From: Thermodesulfobacteriota bacterium
GTDB taxonomy: Bacteria; Desulfobacterota_D; UBA1144; Nemesobacterales; Mycalebacteriaceae
DNA: 64,000 nucleotides
Assembly: GCA_965205855.1 (NCBI GenBank)
Contig: OZ242184.1
Span: forward strand, 1,088,001 to 1,152,000
Direction of reading: 5' to 3'
Part shown: piece after piece, positions 1 to 9,938 of the stretch
Layout of the letters: every line of letters begins with the position of its first letter
How positions within the stretch are numbered: position 1 is the stretch's first letter
Translations under genes and position numbers: made by a program
Notes under the pieces: generated by a model
What the model was told of the DNA's origin: nothing
The model's database searches: none
What the model saw: the letters and a program-made list of their open reading frames with translations, nothing else

Positions 1-68
1 AAATCTTATAAATATCTCCGAATTATTTTCCAATAATACGATCGATGCTTTTGATTTGCGCAACCGGA

Positions 69-413
<345 letters not shown>

Positions 414-475
414 TTACCTCTGGATGCGCATCTTACATAAAAATTTAAAATTTGCAATATAGTTTGAATGAAAAA

Positions 476-486
476 ATTATAACACA
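476..486 (-). promoter_or_regulatory. Extended -10 promoter element (TGTGTTATAAT) upstream of P-II gene
   Basis: Reverse complement reads TGTG-T-TATAAT. The identical 11-mer occurs at 57294-57304 upstream of tolC. Confidence 0.5.
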
Positions 487-566
487 GGCGTTTTGCTCTT
501 TATTTATTGCATCGCGCGATTTCTTAGTTTATTTTATCAAATTCAAATCGTAGCAAAAAATCGTAT

Positions 567-1559
567 TTAAGAAGGCTCAGCAGAATCCGAACCGTCAACG
601 GAGCGTTTTGATCCAGTCCCGTGTAAAAGGTCTTTCGGCACGCTGAAATGCACCCCCTCTCTGACTCCGTCCAGCTCTTTGACAACGGCGGCATCTGTCC
701 ATTCGTGCAGGCGTAAGGCAATTTCCTCCACTATCCTTTCGGGAGCCGATGCACCGGCGGTAAGGCCTATTTTGTTCGCTCCTTCAAGCCATTGCCTGTC
801 TATGTCTTCGACGCCATCCACAAGATACGCTCGCACGCCGAGAAGTTGAGCAACTTCCCGCAGACGGTTTGAATTGGAGCTTGTTTCGGAGCCGACAACA
901 AAAACAACATCGCAGTCTGCCGCCATTTTTTTTACTGCATCCTGACGGTTCTGAGTCGCGTAGCAGATATCATCTTTTTTCGGCAACCGGATTTGCGGAA
1001 ATTTCTCTCGCAACCGTTCAATAAGCGACCGCGTATCATCCACCGAAAGCGTGGTCTGGGTAACATAGGCAAGTTTTGACGGGTCTTCCACGACAAGCGC
1101 GTCAATATCCCCGGCGTTTTCAACAAGGTGTACTCCGTCCTCTGACTGTCCGAGGGTTCCCTCAACTTCGGGATGCCCTTCGTGCCCTATCATTACAATC
1201 TCATATCCGCTCGCGCGAAGACGGGAAACCTCGGCGTGAATTCGTGAAACCAGAGGACAGGTGGCATCATATATGTTCAATCCCCTGTTTTCGGCAATGA
1301 GGCGAATGCGGCGCGAAACTCCATGAGCGGAAAAAACAAAAGGCAACCCCGAAGGAACGCTTTGGGGGTCTTCTATGAAAATCACTCCGCGTTTTTTAAA
1401 ATCATCAACAACGGTCTTGTTGTGAACAATTTCATGCTTCACATAGACGGGCGCGCCGTGTTTCTCGAGAACCTGCTCAACAATTGCTATTGCCCTTTCC
1501 ACTCCCGCGCAGAAACCCCGCGGGTTGGCAAGCGAAACCGACTTCACCGGACCGCTCAT
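567..1559 (-). CDS. ispH: 4-hydroxy-3-methylbut-2-enyl diphosphate reductase
   Basis: PRGFCAGV, HEIVHN, SAHG, DATCPLV, ICYATQNRQ, SSNSNRL and TAGASAPE motifs. Start moved to ATG 1559, which overlaps the miaB stop (ATGA). Confidence 0.96.
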   Translation of the reverse strand: MSGPVKSVSLANPRGFCAGVERAIAIVEQVLEKHGAPVYVKHEIVHNKTVVDDFKKRGVIFIEDPQSVPSGLPFVFSAHGVSRRIRLIAENRGLNIYDATCPLVSRIHAEVSRLRASGYEIVMIGHEGHPEVEGTLGQSEDGVHLVENAGDIDALVVEDPSKLAYVTQTTLSVDDTRSLIERLREKFPQIRLPKKDDICYATQNRQDAVKKMAADCDVVFVVGSETSSNSNRLREVAQLLGVRAYLVDGVEDIDRQWLEGANKIGLTAGASAPERIVEEIALRLHEWTDAAVVKELDGVREGVHFSVPKDLLHGTGSKRSVDGSDSAEPS

Positions 1560-2893
1560 ACCACAATCTCTCCCCGAAGAGAATTGGCAAGACCGTCCGT
1601 TACGCACACGGTGGCGAGTTTCCCGGTCAAATTACTCTCTCCGATAAAGTTCACTATCCTGTTGTGAGTGGTGCGTCCTGCCATCCAACCGTTCTGGCGC
1701 CTACCGGCGCCAGATACGAGAACTTCCTCACATTTTCCCTTTCTCGCGCGGTTGAGCTCAAGGGTTATTTCCCTCTGTCTTTCCTGAAAAAAATTGAGAC
1801 GTCTTTCCGCGATATTGGGTTTTATACCGTGGGGAGACACCGCTGCGGGAGTTCCGGGACGCGGGGAAAATTTGAATGAAAAGGAGCTGTCAAAACGCAC
1901 CTTTTCAAGCAAATCCATTGTCTGCATGAAATCTTCTTCGGTTTCTCCGGGAAAACCGATTATAACATCGGTTGAAACCGCTATGTCGGGAATCGAGTCT
2001 CTGAGACGGTCAACTGCCTCAAGATACCATTTGACCGTGTAGGTGCGGTTCATAAGTTTCAGAATTCTGTCCGAACCGGACTGAACCGGCAAGTGTATGT
2101 GTCTGCAGACCTTGGGAACTTCCCTCATGGCATCAACCATTTTTTTTGTTATGTCGCGCGGATACGGGGTTGTAAAGCGAATTCTCTCAAGCCCTTCAAT
2201 CTCGCCCGCGACACGCAGAAGGTCTCCAAACCTCATTTCCTTTTCCTTCCATGAATTGACCGTCTGCCCGACAAAGGTTATTTCCCTCGCCCCGCCTGAA
2301 ACAAGAGATTGTGCCTCGGAGATTATCCCGCTTAGAGGCCTGTTGACTTCGTTCCCTCTCACGGTCGGCACTATGCAATAAGCACATCTTTTGTTGCATC
2401 CCTGCTGAACTGAGACAAAGGCGCTGACCTTTGATTTGTCAATCTCGGGGGAGATTTCGAAAGTTTCCTCAACATCAAAAGAGGTTTCCGACCTTACGAC
2501 CCGTTCCCGCTCTCTCGACTGCTCTATGTCGGCTACTATGGCGGGAAGTTTGGAAATGGCTCCGGGCCCTATGACAAAATCCAGATGCGGGTTTTTTTTC
2601 AGTATGGCGTCTCCATATAACTGGGCGACGCATCCCGCCATTCCTATTACAATTTCGGGATTTTCACTTTTCAATTTCTTGAATTTCCCTACGCTGCTAA
2701 ACGCCTTGTGGTCCGCCTTTTCCCGTATCGCGCATGTGTTTACGACTATGTAATCCGCCGCGGACGGGTCGGAAGTTCTCTCCGCTCTGAGGGCGGCACG
2801 AATTCTGTCCGAGTCATACTCATTCATCTGACACCCGTAGGTCTCAATATAGAGCAAAGGGTTACTTTGCCGGATAATGTCACTCTTTATCAT
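1556..2893 (-). CDS. miaB: tRNA-2-methylthio-N6-dimethylallyladenosine synthase
   Basis: TYGCQMNEYDS, VNTCAIRE, radical SAM CNKRCAYC, HLPVQSGS and a C-terminal TRAM domain. Confidence 0.95.
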   Translation of the reverse strand: MIKSDIIRQSNPLLYIETYGCQMNEYDSDRIRAALRAERTSDPSAADYIVVNTCAIREKADHKAFSSVGKFKKLKSENPEIVIGMAGCVAQLYGDAILKKNPHLDFVIGPGAISKLPAIVADIEQSRERERVVRSETSFDVEETFEISPEIDKSKVSAFVSVQQGCNKRCAYCIVPTVRGNEVNRPLSGIISEAQSLVSGGAREITFVGQTVNSWKEKEMRFGDLLRVAGEIEGLERIRFTTPYPRDITKKMVDAMREVPKVCRHIHLPVQSGSDRILKLMNRTYTVKWYLEAVDRLRDSIPDIAVSTDVIIGFPGETEEDFMQTMDLLEKVRFDSSFSFKFSPRPGTPAAVSPHGIKPNIAERRLNFFQERQREITLELNRARKGKCEEVLVSGAGRRQNGWMAGRTTHNRIVNFIGESNLTGKLATVCVTDGLANSLRGEIVV

Positions 2894-2976
2894 TGTAAAA
2901 CCCGGCGGTATTATTACATACTATGGAGTTGATTAGAAAGTAGCACGCGCAAAACCGCACGAGACCGGTCGTAAAA

Positions 2977-3180
2977 ATGAAAAGTCAAAATCACTGGAAA
3001 GTTGTTCTTCCCCTCACGTTATTCCTCGCGAGTCTGGCGTTCATCCCGCAAGTAATTCCCGGCGGAATCCCCGAGCCGTATATTTTAAAGATACCGAGAA
3101 CGCTCTGGGCCGGTATGGCAATATCAGTGTCAATATACGCCGTGCTTATAGTCGCGATGATTCTGTCAAAGGAGGATTGA
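2977..3180 (+). CDS. Small two-TM membrane protein, probable symporter accessory subunit
   Basis: 67 aa with two hydrophobic segments, ending 3 nt before the SSS gene. This is a common arrangement for SSS transporters. Confidence 0.6.
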   Translation: MKSQNHWKVVLPLTLFLASLAFIPQVIPGGIPEPYILKIPRTLWAGMAISVSIYAVLIVAMILSKED

Positions 3181-3183
3181 CTT

Positions 3184-4608
3184 ATGAGCAATGGAATGAC
3201 ATTTATAACGGTCGCTCTTATATATTTTGCGGTTCTCATCACCCTTGCAGTGTTGGGAAACAGGAAAAACAAGGGCGACGAGCATCAGTTTTTTCTCGCA
3301 GGCGGAAGCCTCGGCACGGCAATCGGGTTCCTGACTTTTTTCGCCACGCTTTACAGCACTTTCATCCTGATAGGGATGCCAAATTTTTTCCGCGTCCACG
3401 GGGTTGGAACATGGATATTCCTCGGCGTAACAGACATGACGCTTGCAGTTTTCACCCTGTGGCTTTGTTTTAAACTGAAAGACAGAGTGGCGTCAAAAGA
3501 TTTCCGCAGCATGTCGGATTTGATAAGAAACTCATTTGGCGGACACGGGGTTGCTGTCTATGTAATCGGCCTCGTGATTTTTCTCATTCCATACATCGCC
3601 ATTCAAATCAAAGGCGCATCCGGGCTTCTTGCCGAAATCGTTCCGTATCCCGTCCCTCAGTGGAGCTGGGCTCTTATCATTCTCGCCCTTATGTTCTTTT
3701 ACTCTTCCATCGGCGGACTCAGGGGAATTATGTATTGCGATGCGCTTCAGGGAATTATGCTTTTCACTGTGATTTGGATAATGGCGGCGATTGTTCTGTC
3801 CAAATTCGGCGGAATGGGAGCGCTTTTTGAGGCGGTGAGGGAAACGGATGAAAAACTGCTTTCAGTTCCCGGGCCAAAAGGATTGCTGTCCGTTCAGTGG
3901 CTGCTTGCGGGGTTCATATCCATAGTTCTGCTTCCGGTCTCACAGCCGCAATTAACCTCCCGGCTTTCCATTCTCAAGGGAATAAACGAGAGACGTAAAG
4001 TTCCGGTTCTGCACGCCTCTTTCACCTTTTTGCTTCTGATTGCCGGGCTTATAATCGGACTTTACGGAGCCGTGGAAATTACGGCGAAAAGCGGTCCAGA
4101 ATTCATCGGCAAACTCATCCTTGAGCAAAACGCCGCCATCGGAGCGGTGGCGCTGATTGGAATTCTTGCCGCGGCTATGTCAACCTCGGATTCGCAGTTT
4201 TTTGCTTTGGGCTCCGAAATAAATCAGGCATTTTCAAAAGGCGGGGAGAAACTCGGCGTTTCACCCGTGGTTTTCGTCAAAATGATCATACTCGTGTTTT
4301 GCGCCGCGGCTTTCATAGTTGCGATTAAAAGTTCAAAGGGAATCATCTCGCTTGCCTTGTCCGGTTTCATGGGAACCGCCCTTATGGCTCCCATGGTTCT
4401 CACATCCATACTTGTCAAAACAAAAAAATTCAGCCCTCTTATTCCGGCAATAACAGTCGTAAGTCTGGTTGTCTTTTTGTTCTCGCTGTTCGGTTTAACC
4501 CCGAAAACGGTTGCGGGATTGCGCCTTGACCTTGCGCTTCTTTCCTTCAACTCTGTGGCAACGCTGATTGCGGTTTATGCGGGAGCGGAAAAGGCGCGGA
4601 GAGCCTGA
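3184..4608 (+). CDS. Sodium:solute symporter family transporter (substrate unknown)
   Basis: About 13 TM segments, with FFLAGGSLG, ATLYSTF, GGLRG..Y.DALQG and GILAAAMSTSDS motifs. Confidence 0.9.
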   Translation: MSNGMTFITVALIYFAVLITLAVLGNRKNKGDEHQFFLAGGSLGTAIGFLTFFATLYSTFILIGMPNFFRVHGVGTWIFLGVTDMTLAVFTLWLCFKLKDRVASKDFRSMSDLIRNSFGGHGVAVYVIGLVIFLIPYIAIQIKGASGLLAEIVPYPVPQWSWALIILALMFFYSSIGGLRGIMYCDALQGIMLFTVIWIMAAIVLSKFGGMGALFEAVRETDEKLLSVPGPKGLLSVQWLLAGFISIVLLPVSQPQLTSRLSILKGINERRKVPVLHASFTFLLLIAGLIIGLYGAVEITAKSGPEFIGKLILEQNAAIGAVALIGILAAAMSTSDSQFFALGSEINQAFSKGGEKLGVSPVVFVKMIILVFCAAAFIVAIKSSKGIISLALSGFMGTALMAPMVLTSILVKTKKFSPLIPAITVVSLVVFLFSLFGLTPKTVAGLRLDLALLSFNSVATLIAVYAGAEKARRA

Positions 4609-4613
4609 GCCCC

Positions 4614-6434
4614 GTGCCTGAAACCCCGGACTTCAAAACTCAGACTTCCTCCCTGCCCTCATCCTGTGGCATATATATAATGAAAAACCCGGACGGGCGG
4701 GCAGTCTATGTCGGCAAGGCGTCAAATATCAAAAGCCGCGTACGGTCTTATTTAAGACGCGGAAAAGACTCAAGACCCCAAATTGAATACCTTATGCGCG
4801 AGGCGGCAAGTGTTGACTGCATAGTAACGAAAGACGAACACGAAGCACTTATCCTTGAAAACTCGCTTATCAAAAAACACAAGCCGAAGTTCAACATACA
4901 GTTGAAAGATGACAAAACCTACGCCTCTCTACGGCTTTCAATGAATGAGGATTTTCCCCGCGTTTCACTGACCCGCCGCATCCGGAGCGACGGCGCGTCT
5001 TATTTCGGTCCCTTCGCGCACGGAGGGGCGTTGAAGAGAACTGCGAAAATTGTCCAGAAACTCTTCACCTTAAGAGACTGCTCAAACACAAAATTCAAAC
5101 GCCACAGAAACCGCCCCTGCCTTAGTTACGATATGCGTCTCTGCTCGGGGCCTTGCGCGAGCATGATAGACAAAGACCAATACCGTGCCCTGTGCGCCCG
5201 CGCGGAAGTTTTTTTGAGAGGAAACAGAGGCGCGGCAGTGTCCGTCCTGAAAAACAAGATGAAAGAAGCGTCCGATGAAATGAGATATGAAGATGCGTCC
5301 CACTACAGAGACCATCTTAAGGCACTGCTTGCAAACGGCAGCCTCGGGAAAGTGGTTTCCTCAAATTTTACAGACAAGGATGTGATAGAAATGGAGGCGG
5401 ACGAAAGATCTTTTGAGTTTGTGGTTCTTTTTTACAGAAGCGGCGGAATAACCGACAAGACCGGGTTTTCGGTAAAAAATACGGGAGCCAAGTTTCCCCA
5501 GGCGCTTGGCGAGTTTATGGGAAGGTTCTACGACGCGGGAAGGCAGATTCCGCCCGAAATAGTTGTAAAAACTGCGCCGGAGCACAGGCAGTCATATGAA
5601 AAATGGCTCGCGCTCAAACGGGGCGGCGTGGTAAGAGTCATTACGCCATCAAGGGGATTGAGAGCGAAACTGCTCCGGCTCGCATCTGACAATGCCGCCG
5701 ATGCGCTCAGAAAGAAACGGTTCTGCGAAAAGAAGAAGGGGAACGTTCTCACCGAACTGAAAAAGTCGCTCAAACTTTCAAAAACGCCGCTTTCAATAGA
5801 GTGTCTGGACATATCAAACATTCGGGGAAAACAAACAACCGGTTCGGTGGTGCGTTTCACCGGAGGCGAGCCGGACAAACAACACTACAGGCGCTACAGA
5901 ATAAAAACCGTTTCCGGAGCGGATGATTTTGCAAGCATAAAAGAGATGCTTTCAAGGCGTCTTCTGAGAGCAAACGAAGAAGGCTGGGAGTTGCCGAATT
6001 TGATACTCATAGACGGCGGAAAAGGACAACTGTCCGCCGCGGTTGAAACAATGAAAAAATTTGGTTTTGACCGTTCCACAGACATAGCCGCAATCTCTAA
6101 AGGGCGCGCGAAAAAACAAGGTGACTCAATCTACACTCCGCGAAGAAAAACCCCGTGGACCCCAGTAAAGAACAGAGAGGGGCTTTTTCTTTTAATGAGA
6201 ATTCGCGATGAGGCACACCGTTTTGCCATCGGCTACCATAAAAAATTAAGGAAAAAAGATTTCCTTAAATCGCGTCTGAATACGATACCGGGAGTCGGCG
6301 AAAAACGTGAAAAAATTCTGCTTAATCATTTCGGCTCGGTTGAAAGAATAAAGGCCGCGACAGCGAAGGAGATATCCTCGCTTCCCGGAATGAACGAAAA
6401 AATCGCCGGAAAAATAGAAAAATCTCTGCGGTAG
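4614..6434 (+). CDS. uvrC: Excinuclease ABC subunit C
   Basis: GIY...YVGKA GIY-YIG domain, IECLDISN, LILIDGGKGQL, RDEAHRFA and C-terminal HhH. GTG start. Confidence 0.96.
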   Translation: MPETPDFKTQTSSLPSSCGIYIMKNPDGRAVYVGKASNIKSRVRSYLRRGKDSRPQIEYLMREAASVDCIVTKDEHEALILENSLIKKHKPKFNIQLKDDKTYASLRLSMNEDFPRVSLTRRIRSDGASYFGPFAHGGALKRTAKIVQKLFTLRDCSNTKFKRHRNRPCLSYDMRLCSGPCASMIDKDQYRALCARAEVFLRGNRGAAVSVLKNKMKEASDEMRYEDASHYRDHLKALLANGSLGKVVSSNFTDKDVIEMEADERSFEFVVLFYRSGGITDKTGFSVKNTGAKFPQALGEFMGRFYDAGRQIPPEIVVKTAPEHRQSYEKWLALKRGGVVRVITPSRGLRAKLLRLASDNAADALRKKRFCEKKKGNVLTELKKSLKLSKTPLSIECLDISNIRGKQTTGSVVRFTGGEPDKQHYRRYRIKTVSGADDFASIKEMLSRRLLRANEEGWELPNLILIDGGKGQLSAAVETMKKFGFDRSTDIAAISKGRAKKQGDSIYTPRRKTPWTPVKNREGLFLLMRIRDEAHRFAIGYHKKLRKKDFLKSRLNTIPGVGEKREKILLNHFGSVERIKAATAKEISSLPGMNEKIAGKIEKSLR

Positions 6435-6438
6435 AATT

Positions 6439-6822
6439 TCAGCCCTTCCGCTCTATCAGTTCAATCTTGTAACCGTCGGGGTCTTCCACAAAAGCGAGCA
6501 CCGTCTTGCCGTGCTTCATCGGCCCCGGCGGACGTACAACATTCCCACCAAGGTCAGCGATTTTCGCGCACGCGGCTTCTATGTCCTCAACGGCAAAAGC
6601 CATATGACCGTATGCGCCTCCGTGTTCATACTCTTTCACACCGTAGTTGTATGTGAGTTCAAGAAACGGCTCGGTGTTTCCGCCGTATCCGAGAAACGAA
6701 AGGGAAAATTCACCACCGGGATAGTCCGTTGTGCGGTGATGCGTAAGCCCCAGAACCTGTGTATAAAAAAGGATTGACCTTTCCGGGTCTCCCACTCTTA
6801 TCATTGTGTGCAGATATTTCAT
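6439..6822 (-). CDS. gloA: Lactoylglutathione lyase (glyoxalase I)
   Basis: [21 protein letters not shown] and [13 protein letters not shown] motifs. Confidence 0.93.
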   Translation of the reverse strand: MKYLHTMIRVGDPERSILFYTQVLGLTHHRTTDYPGGEFSLSFLGYGGNTEPFLELTYNYGVKEYEHGGAYGHMAFAVEDIEAACAKIADLGGNVVRPPGPMKHGKTVLAFVEDPDGYKIELIERKG

Positions 6823-6827
6823 AACTT

Positions 6828-7160
6828 TCAGGAAAACTGCCCGGCTATTGTGTTGCTGTAGTAATAGTTAATCAGTGTTTCAAGACGGACGCAAAAAAAT
6901 TCAACGGACTTTGCGCACGCATCGGTGTCCCATTCTTTGTTTTCCCGTTTTTCAAACCAGTTTCCAAACCCCTCGGCAAAAGACTCCTTGAGGGAATCGC
7001 CTTCCTCTCTCAAAACTGCCTCAATGATTGTTTTGTCCTGAACATCGTATTTTTTGTTTTTTATCGCGGCTTCGAAATCGGTGAAAAGCGATTCGGGCTT
7101 GTCTCCGGGAAAACCGGCAACGCAGGATTTGAAAATTTTGGAAAGGTTTGAAACGCACAT
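6828..7160 (-). CDS. Hypothetical protein (110 aa, helical)
   Basis: Fills the gap between the M42 peptidase and gloA on the same strand. No recognised motif, and the start is uncertain. Confidence 0.6.
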   Translation of the reverse strand: MCVSNLSKIFKSCVAGFPGDKPESLFTDFEAAIKNKKYDVQDKTIIEAVLREEGDSLKESFAEGFGNWFEKRENKEWDTDACAKSVEFFCVRLETLINYYYSNTIAGQFS

Positions 7161-7242
7161 ACGAGTTGACCGCTAAAAATCACAGCCATTTTTTTGCCAA
7201 TTTTCGGACGGAGAAACTTTATCAAACTCCGCGAGTTTATTT

Positions 7243-8274
7243 TTATTTCTCTCCACCAAAACCTCCAATCCCTTCAATAATTCCCTTTACCAATTTTATA
7301 GAAGCTTCAATATCGCTTTTGTAAGCAATTGAGCTTGGACTGTGCAAATACCTTGTCGGCACGGACACAACCGCCGCTCTGCTTCCCTTGCCGGTTACTT
7401 GCATCGCGGTCGCGTTTGTTCCACCCGCTTTTTTTACAGTGATTTGAGACGGAATTTTCTTTTTATCCGCAACGGACTTAATGAAAAAACTGAACTCCCT
7501 GTCCGCCACAAGAAAGCGGTCTGAAAGCCGGATTTCCGGCCCCTTCCCTATATTCGCGAGAGATTTATGCGCCGGAATTCCGGGCAGGTCCATCGCCACG
7601 GTTCCCTCAAGAGCCACGACAAAATCCGGCTCCAGAACCGGCGTGATAATCCGCGCCCCCCTCAATCCCGATTCTTCCTGAACGGTTATTGTGACAAAAA
7701 GTTCGCAACTCAGTTTCGGCTTCGCGGCAAGCGCCTCAAGTATTAGGAAAATTCCCACCCTGTCGTCAATAGCGCGGGAAATAACCGCATCTTCAGTCTC
7801 TTCCAGCTCGGTATCAAAAGTTACTGGGTCGCCTATGCGGACATATTTTCTTACCTTGCCCACAGAAATCCCAAGGTCAATAACGCAGTCCTCCACTTCC
7901 GGAACGCCGCGGTCGCCGCTTGTTTTACTTATATGCGGGGGAATCGCCGCAACCATGGCGCGAAGCGGTTTTTTCCCGAAAACAACAAGACGCTGTCCGT
8001 AGAAAACCCTTGAGTCCATTCCTCCGAGAGCATGCACGCGTACAAACCCCCTGTCATCTATATGGCTTACCATAAAGCCCACCTCATCCATATGGGCGTC
8101 AATAACCAGCCGGGAGCCTTTGCCTCCCAGACGCGCCGTAACATTTCCCAAAACATCAACGGATATGTCTTTTGTATGTTTGCGAAGCTCCGAGACAGTA
8201 AAATCCCTGACAGCTCCTTCGTCTCCCGAAATTGATGAGAAGTCGCAAAGTTTCTTCAGAAGTTTTGTGTTCAT
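7243..8274 (-). CDS. M42 family (TET-like) aminopeptidase
   Basis: AHMDEVG, IDDRVG, QEESGLRGA, GGTNA and PTRYLHS metal-binding motifs. Confidence 0.9.
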   Translation of the reverse strand: MNTKLLKKLCDFSSISGDEGAVRDFTVSELRKHTKDISVDVLGNVTARLGGKGSRLVIDAHMDEVGFMVSHIDDRGFVRVHALGGMDSRVFYGQRLVVFGKKPLRAMVAAIPPHISKTSGDRGVPEVEDCVIDLGISVGKVRKYVRIGDPVTFDTELEETEDAVISRAIDDRVGIFLILEALAAKPKLSCELFVTITVQEESGLRGARIITPVLEPDFVVALEGTVAMDLPGIPAHKSLANIGKGPEIRLSDRFLVADREFSFFIKSVADKKKIPSQITVKKAGGTNATAMQVTGKGSRAAVVSVPTRYLHSPSSIAYKSDIEASIKLVKGIIEGIGGFGGEK

Positions 8275-8377
8275 AAGGTTTTTATTATAGCCGAAAAGAG
8301 TATTGAAACCTTAAAAACGCCAACTGCTTCGGGTTTTGTGCTGTCCGCTTTAAGTATAATACCGCCAGAGATTGAAC

Positions 8378-9640
8378 ATGGAAAACATTCCACTTGCCGA
8401 GCGTATGAGGCCGCGCTCTCTTGATGAAGTTGCCGGACAGAGCCATCTTGTGGGACAAAACGGCATTTTGCGCCGCACGATTGAAAGCGATAGTGGCTCC
8501 CGCTCAATAATACTCTGGGGACCTCCGGGAACGGGAAAAACCACTCTTGCACGTGTTATCACGGGAACGGACGGAGCGGAGTTTATCCACATGGACGCCG
8601 TTTCCTCCGGCGTGAAAGAGATAAGGGCGGCTCTGGAACGTGCCTCCGAAGTAAAGGCAAATGGCGGCGGCGCTGTTCTTTTCATAGATGAAATACACAG
8701 GTTCAACAAAGCCCAGCAGGCGGCCCTGCTGAGAAGCGTTGAGGAAGGCGAAATCGCCCTTATCGGAGCGACAACGGAAAACCCTTCTTTTGAGGTTATC
8801 TCTCCCCTGCTTTCAAGGTGCACCGTTTACAAGCTTGAGCCGCTCGGAGAAAACGATTTGTCCCGGATAATAGACAGGGCGCTTGAAAAAGATGACGCGG
8901 TAAAAGGGGCGGAGATAACCCCCGAAGCAAAAAAAGAGATGATCTCACTGTGCGCAGGAGATGCAAGAGCGCTTCTGAACGGACTTGAAACGGCGGTTTC
9001 AATATGCGCGGGGAAAGTGGACACGGAAACCGTAAGGGAAGTTTACCAGAAGGGAGTCCGCTATGACAAGGGCGGAGACGAACATTACAATACAATTTCG
9101 GCTTTTATAAAAAGCGTTAGAGGCGCAGACCCCGATGCCGCCCTCCACTACTTGGCGCGTATGCTTGACGCCGGAGAGGAGCCGCTTTTTATAGCGAGGC
9201 GGCTCATAGTTCTCGCGTCCGAAGACATTGGCAATGCCGAGCCGTATGCGCTTACACTTGCGACTGACTGCTTCACAGCCGTGAATTACATAGGAATGCC
9301 CGAAGCACGTATTGTGCTTGCGCAAACGGCGACATATCTGGCAAGCTGTCCGAGGAGCAACGCCTCATACGCGGGGCTGAAAAAAGCTGAGGAAGATGTG
9401 AAAAAATATCCGGGGCTTGAAATTCCGATGCACATAAGAAATGCGCCGACCCGTCTGATGAAAAACATGGGTTACGGAAAAGGATACCAATATCCGCATA
9501 ATGAAAAAGATGCTTTTTCGGGTCAGGAAAATTTGCCAGAGAAAATTAAAGACAGGATTTATTACAAGCCGTCAGAAAGAGGAAGGGAAGCGGCATTGAA
9601 AAAAAATCTTAATGAGAAATGGGGGAAGCGGAGGAAGTAA
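8378..9640 (+). CDS. rarA: Replication-associated recombination protein A (MgsA/RarA AAA+ ATPase)
   Basis: PLAERMRP, WGPPGTGKTT, FIDEIHRFNKAQQ, GATTENPSF, SAFIKSVRG and ASEDIGNA. TATAAT at 8355-8360. Confidence 0.95.
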   Translation: MENIPLAERMRPRSLDEVAGQSHLVGQNGILRRTIESDSGSRSIILWGPPGTGKTTLARVITGTDGAEFIHMDAVSSGVKEIRAALERASEVKANGGGAVLFIDEIHRFNKAQQAALLRSVEEGEIALIGATTENPSFEVISPLLSRCTVYKLEPLGENDLSRIIDRALEKDDAVKGAEITPEAKKEMISLCAGDARALLNGLETAVSICAGKVDTETVREVYQKGVRYDKGGDEHYNTISAFIKSVRGADPDAALHYLARMLDAGEEPLFIARRLIVLASEDIGNAEPYALTLATDCFTAVNYIGMPEARIVLAQTATYLASCPRSNASYAGLKKAEEDVKKYPGLEIPMHIRNAPTRLMKNMGYGKGYQYPHNEKDAFSGQENLPEKIKDRIYYKPSERGREAALKKNLNEKWGKRRK

Positions 9641-9658
9641 AACCGCTTCCCCCATTTC
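9616..9658. terminator. Perfect 16-bp inverted repeat spanning the rarA stop; probable terminator between convergent genes
   Basis: GAAATGGGGGAAGCGG-(11 nt)-CCGCTTCCCCCATTTC. No strong U-tract. Confidence 0.55.
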
Positions 9659-9696
9659 CACTCCACATAGGAGCGCAGGGACTATAAATTATCAAA

Positions 9697-9861
9697 TTAG
9701 AATTTGTAGTAGATACGCCCCGTCAAACCACTAAAAAAATCAGGATCATCAATATCATAGCCAATGAAGCTGTACTCCACACCTATTGAAAACTTGCCAT
9801 GCACAGGCACACGAAAACCAGTTATTCCACCATAGGCAAGAGCTCTATCTGAATTGATCAT
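9697..9861 (-). pseudogene. 3' remnant of an outer-membrane beta-barrel protein gene
   Basis: Hand translation gives MINSDRALAYGGITGFRVPVHGKFSIGVEYSFIGYDIDDPDFFSGLTGRIYYKF*. It has alternating amphipathic strands and a terminal Y-x-F beta-signal, but no signal peptide or N-terminus. Confidence 0.6.
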
Positions 9862-9901
9862 CCGTTTCCCTTTCCCCGAGAAGAGCGGCGTTCATACGTG
9901 A

Positions 9902-9937
9902 GTCCTTCTCCCTTTGGGAGAAGGACAGGATGAGGGG
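9902..9937. repeat. REP-like palindrome downstream of icmF
   Basis: GTCCTTCTCCC-TTT-GGGAGAAGGAC (11-bp stem) followed by AGGATGAGGGG. It resembles the CCCCTCA..CCTTCTCCC..GGGAGAAGG extragenic palindromes of proteobacteria. Confidence 0.55.
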
Positions 9938-9938
9938 A

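Noticed and set aside
468-553. Possible frameshifted small ORF (MKK...) divergent from glnB
   Set aside because: It is very short and AT-rich with an immediate stop, and is better explained as promoter DNA.
7161-7189. Out-of-frame ATG upstream of the 110-aa hypothetical gene, suggesting a frameshifted N-terminus
   Set aside because: It would add only ~10 residues and has no slippery site. It cannot be distinguished from chance without homologs.
9856-9859. GATC at the left junction of the icmF segment as a ligation-chimera signature
   Set aside because: A 4-mer is expected by chance, and there is no matching site at the right junction.
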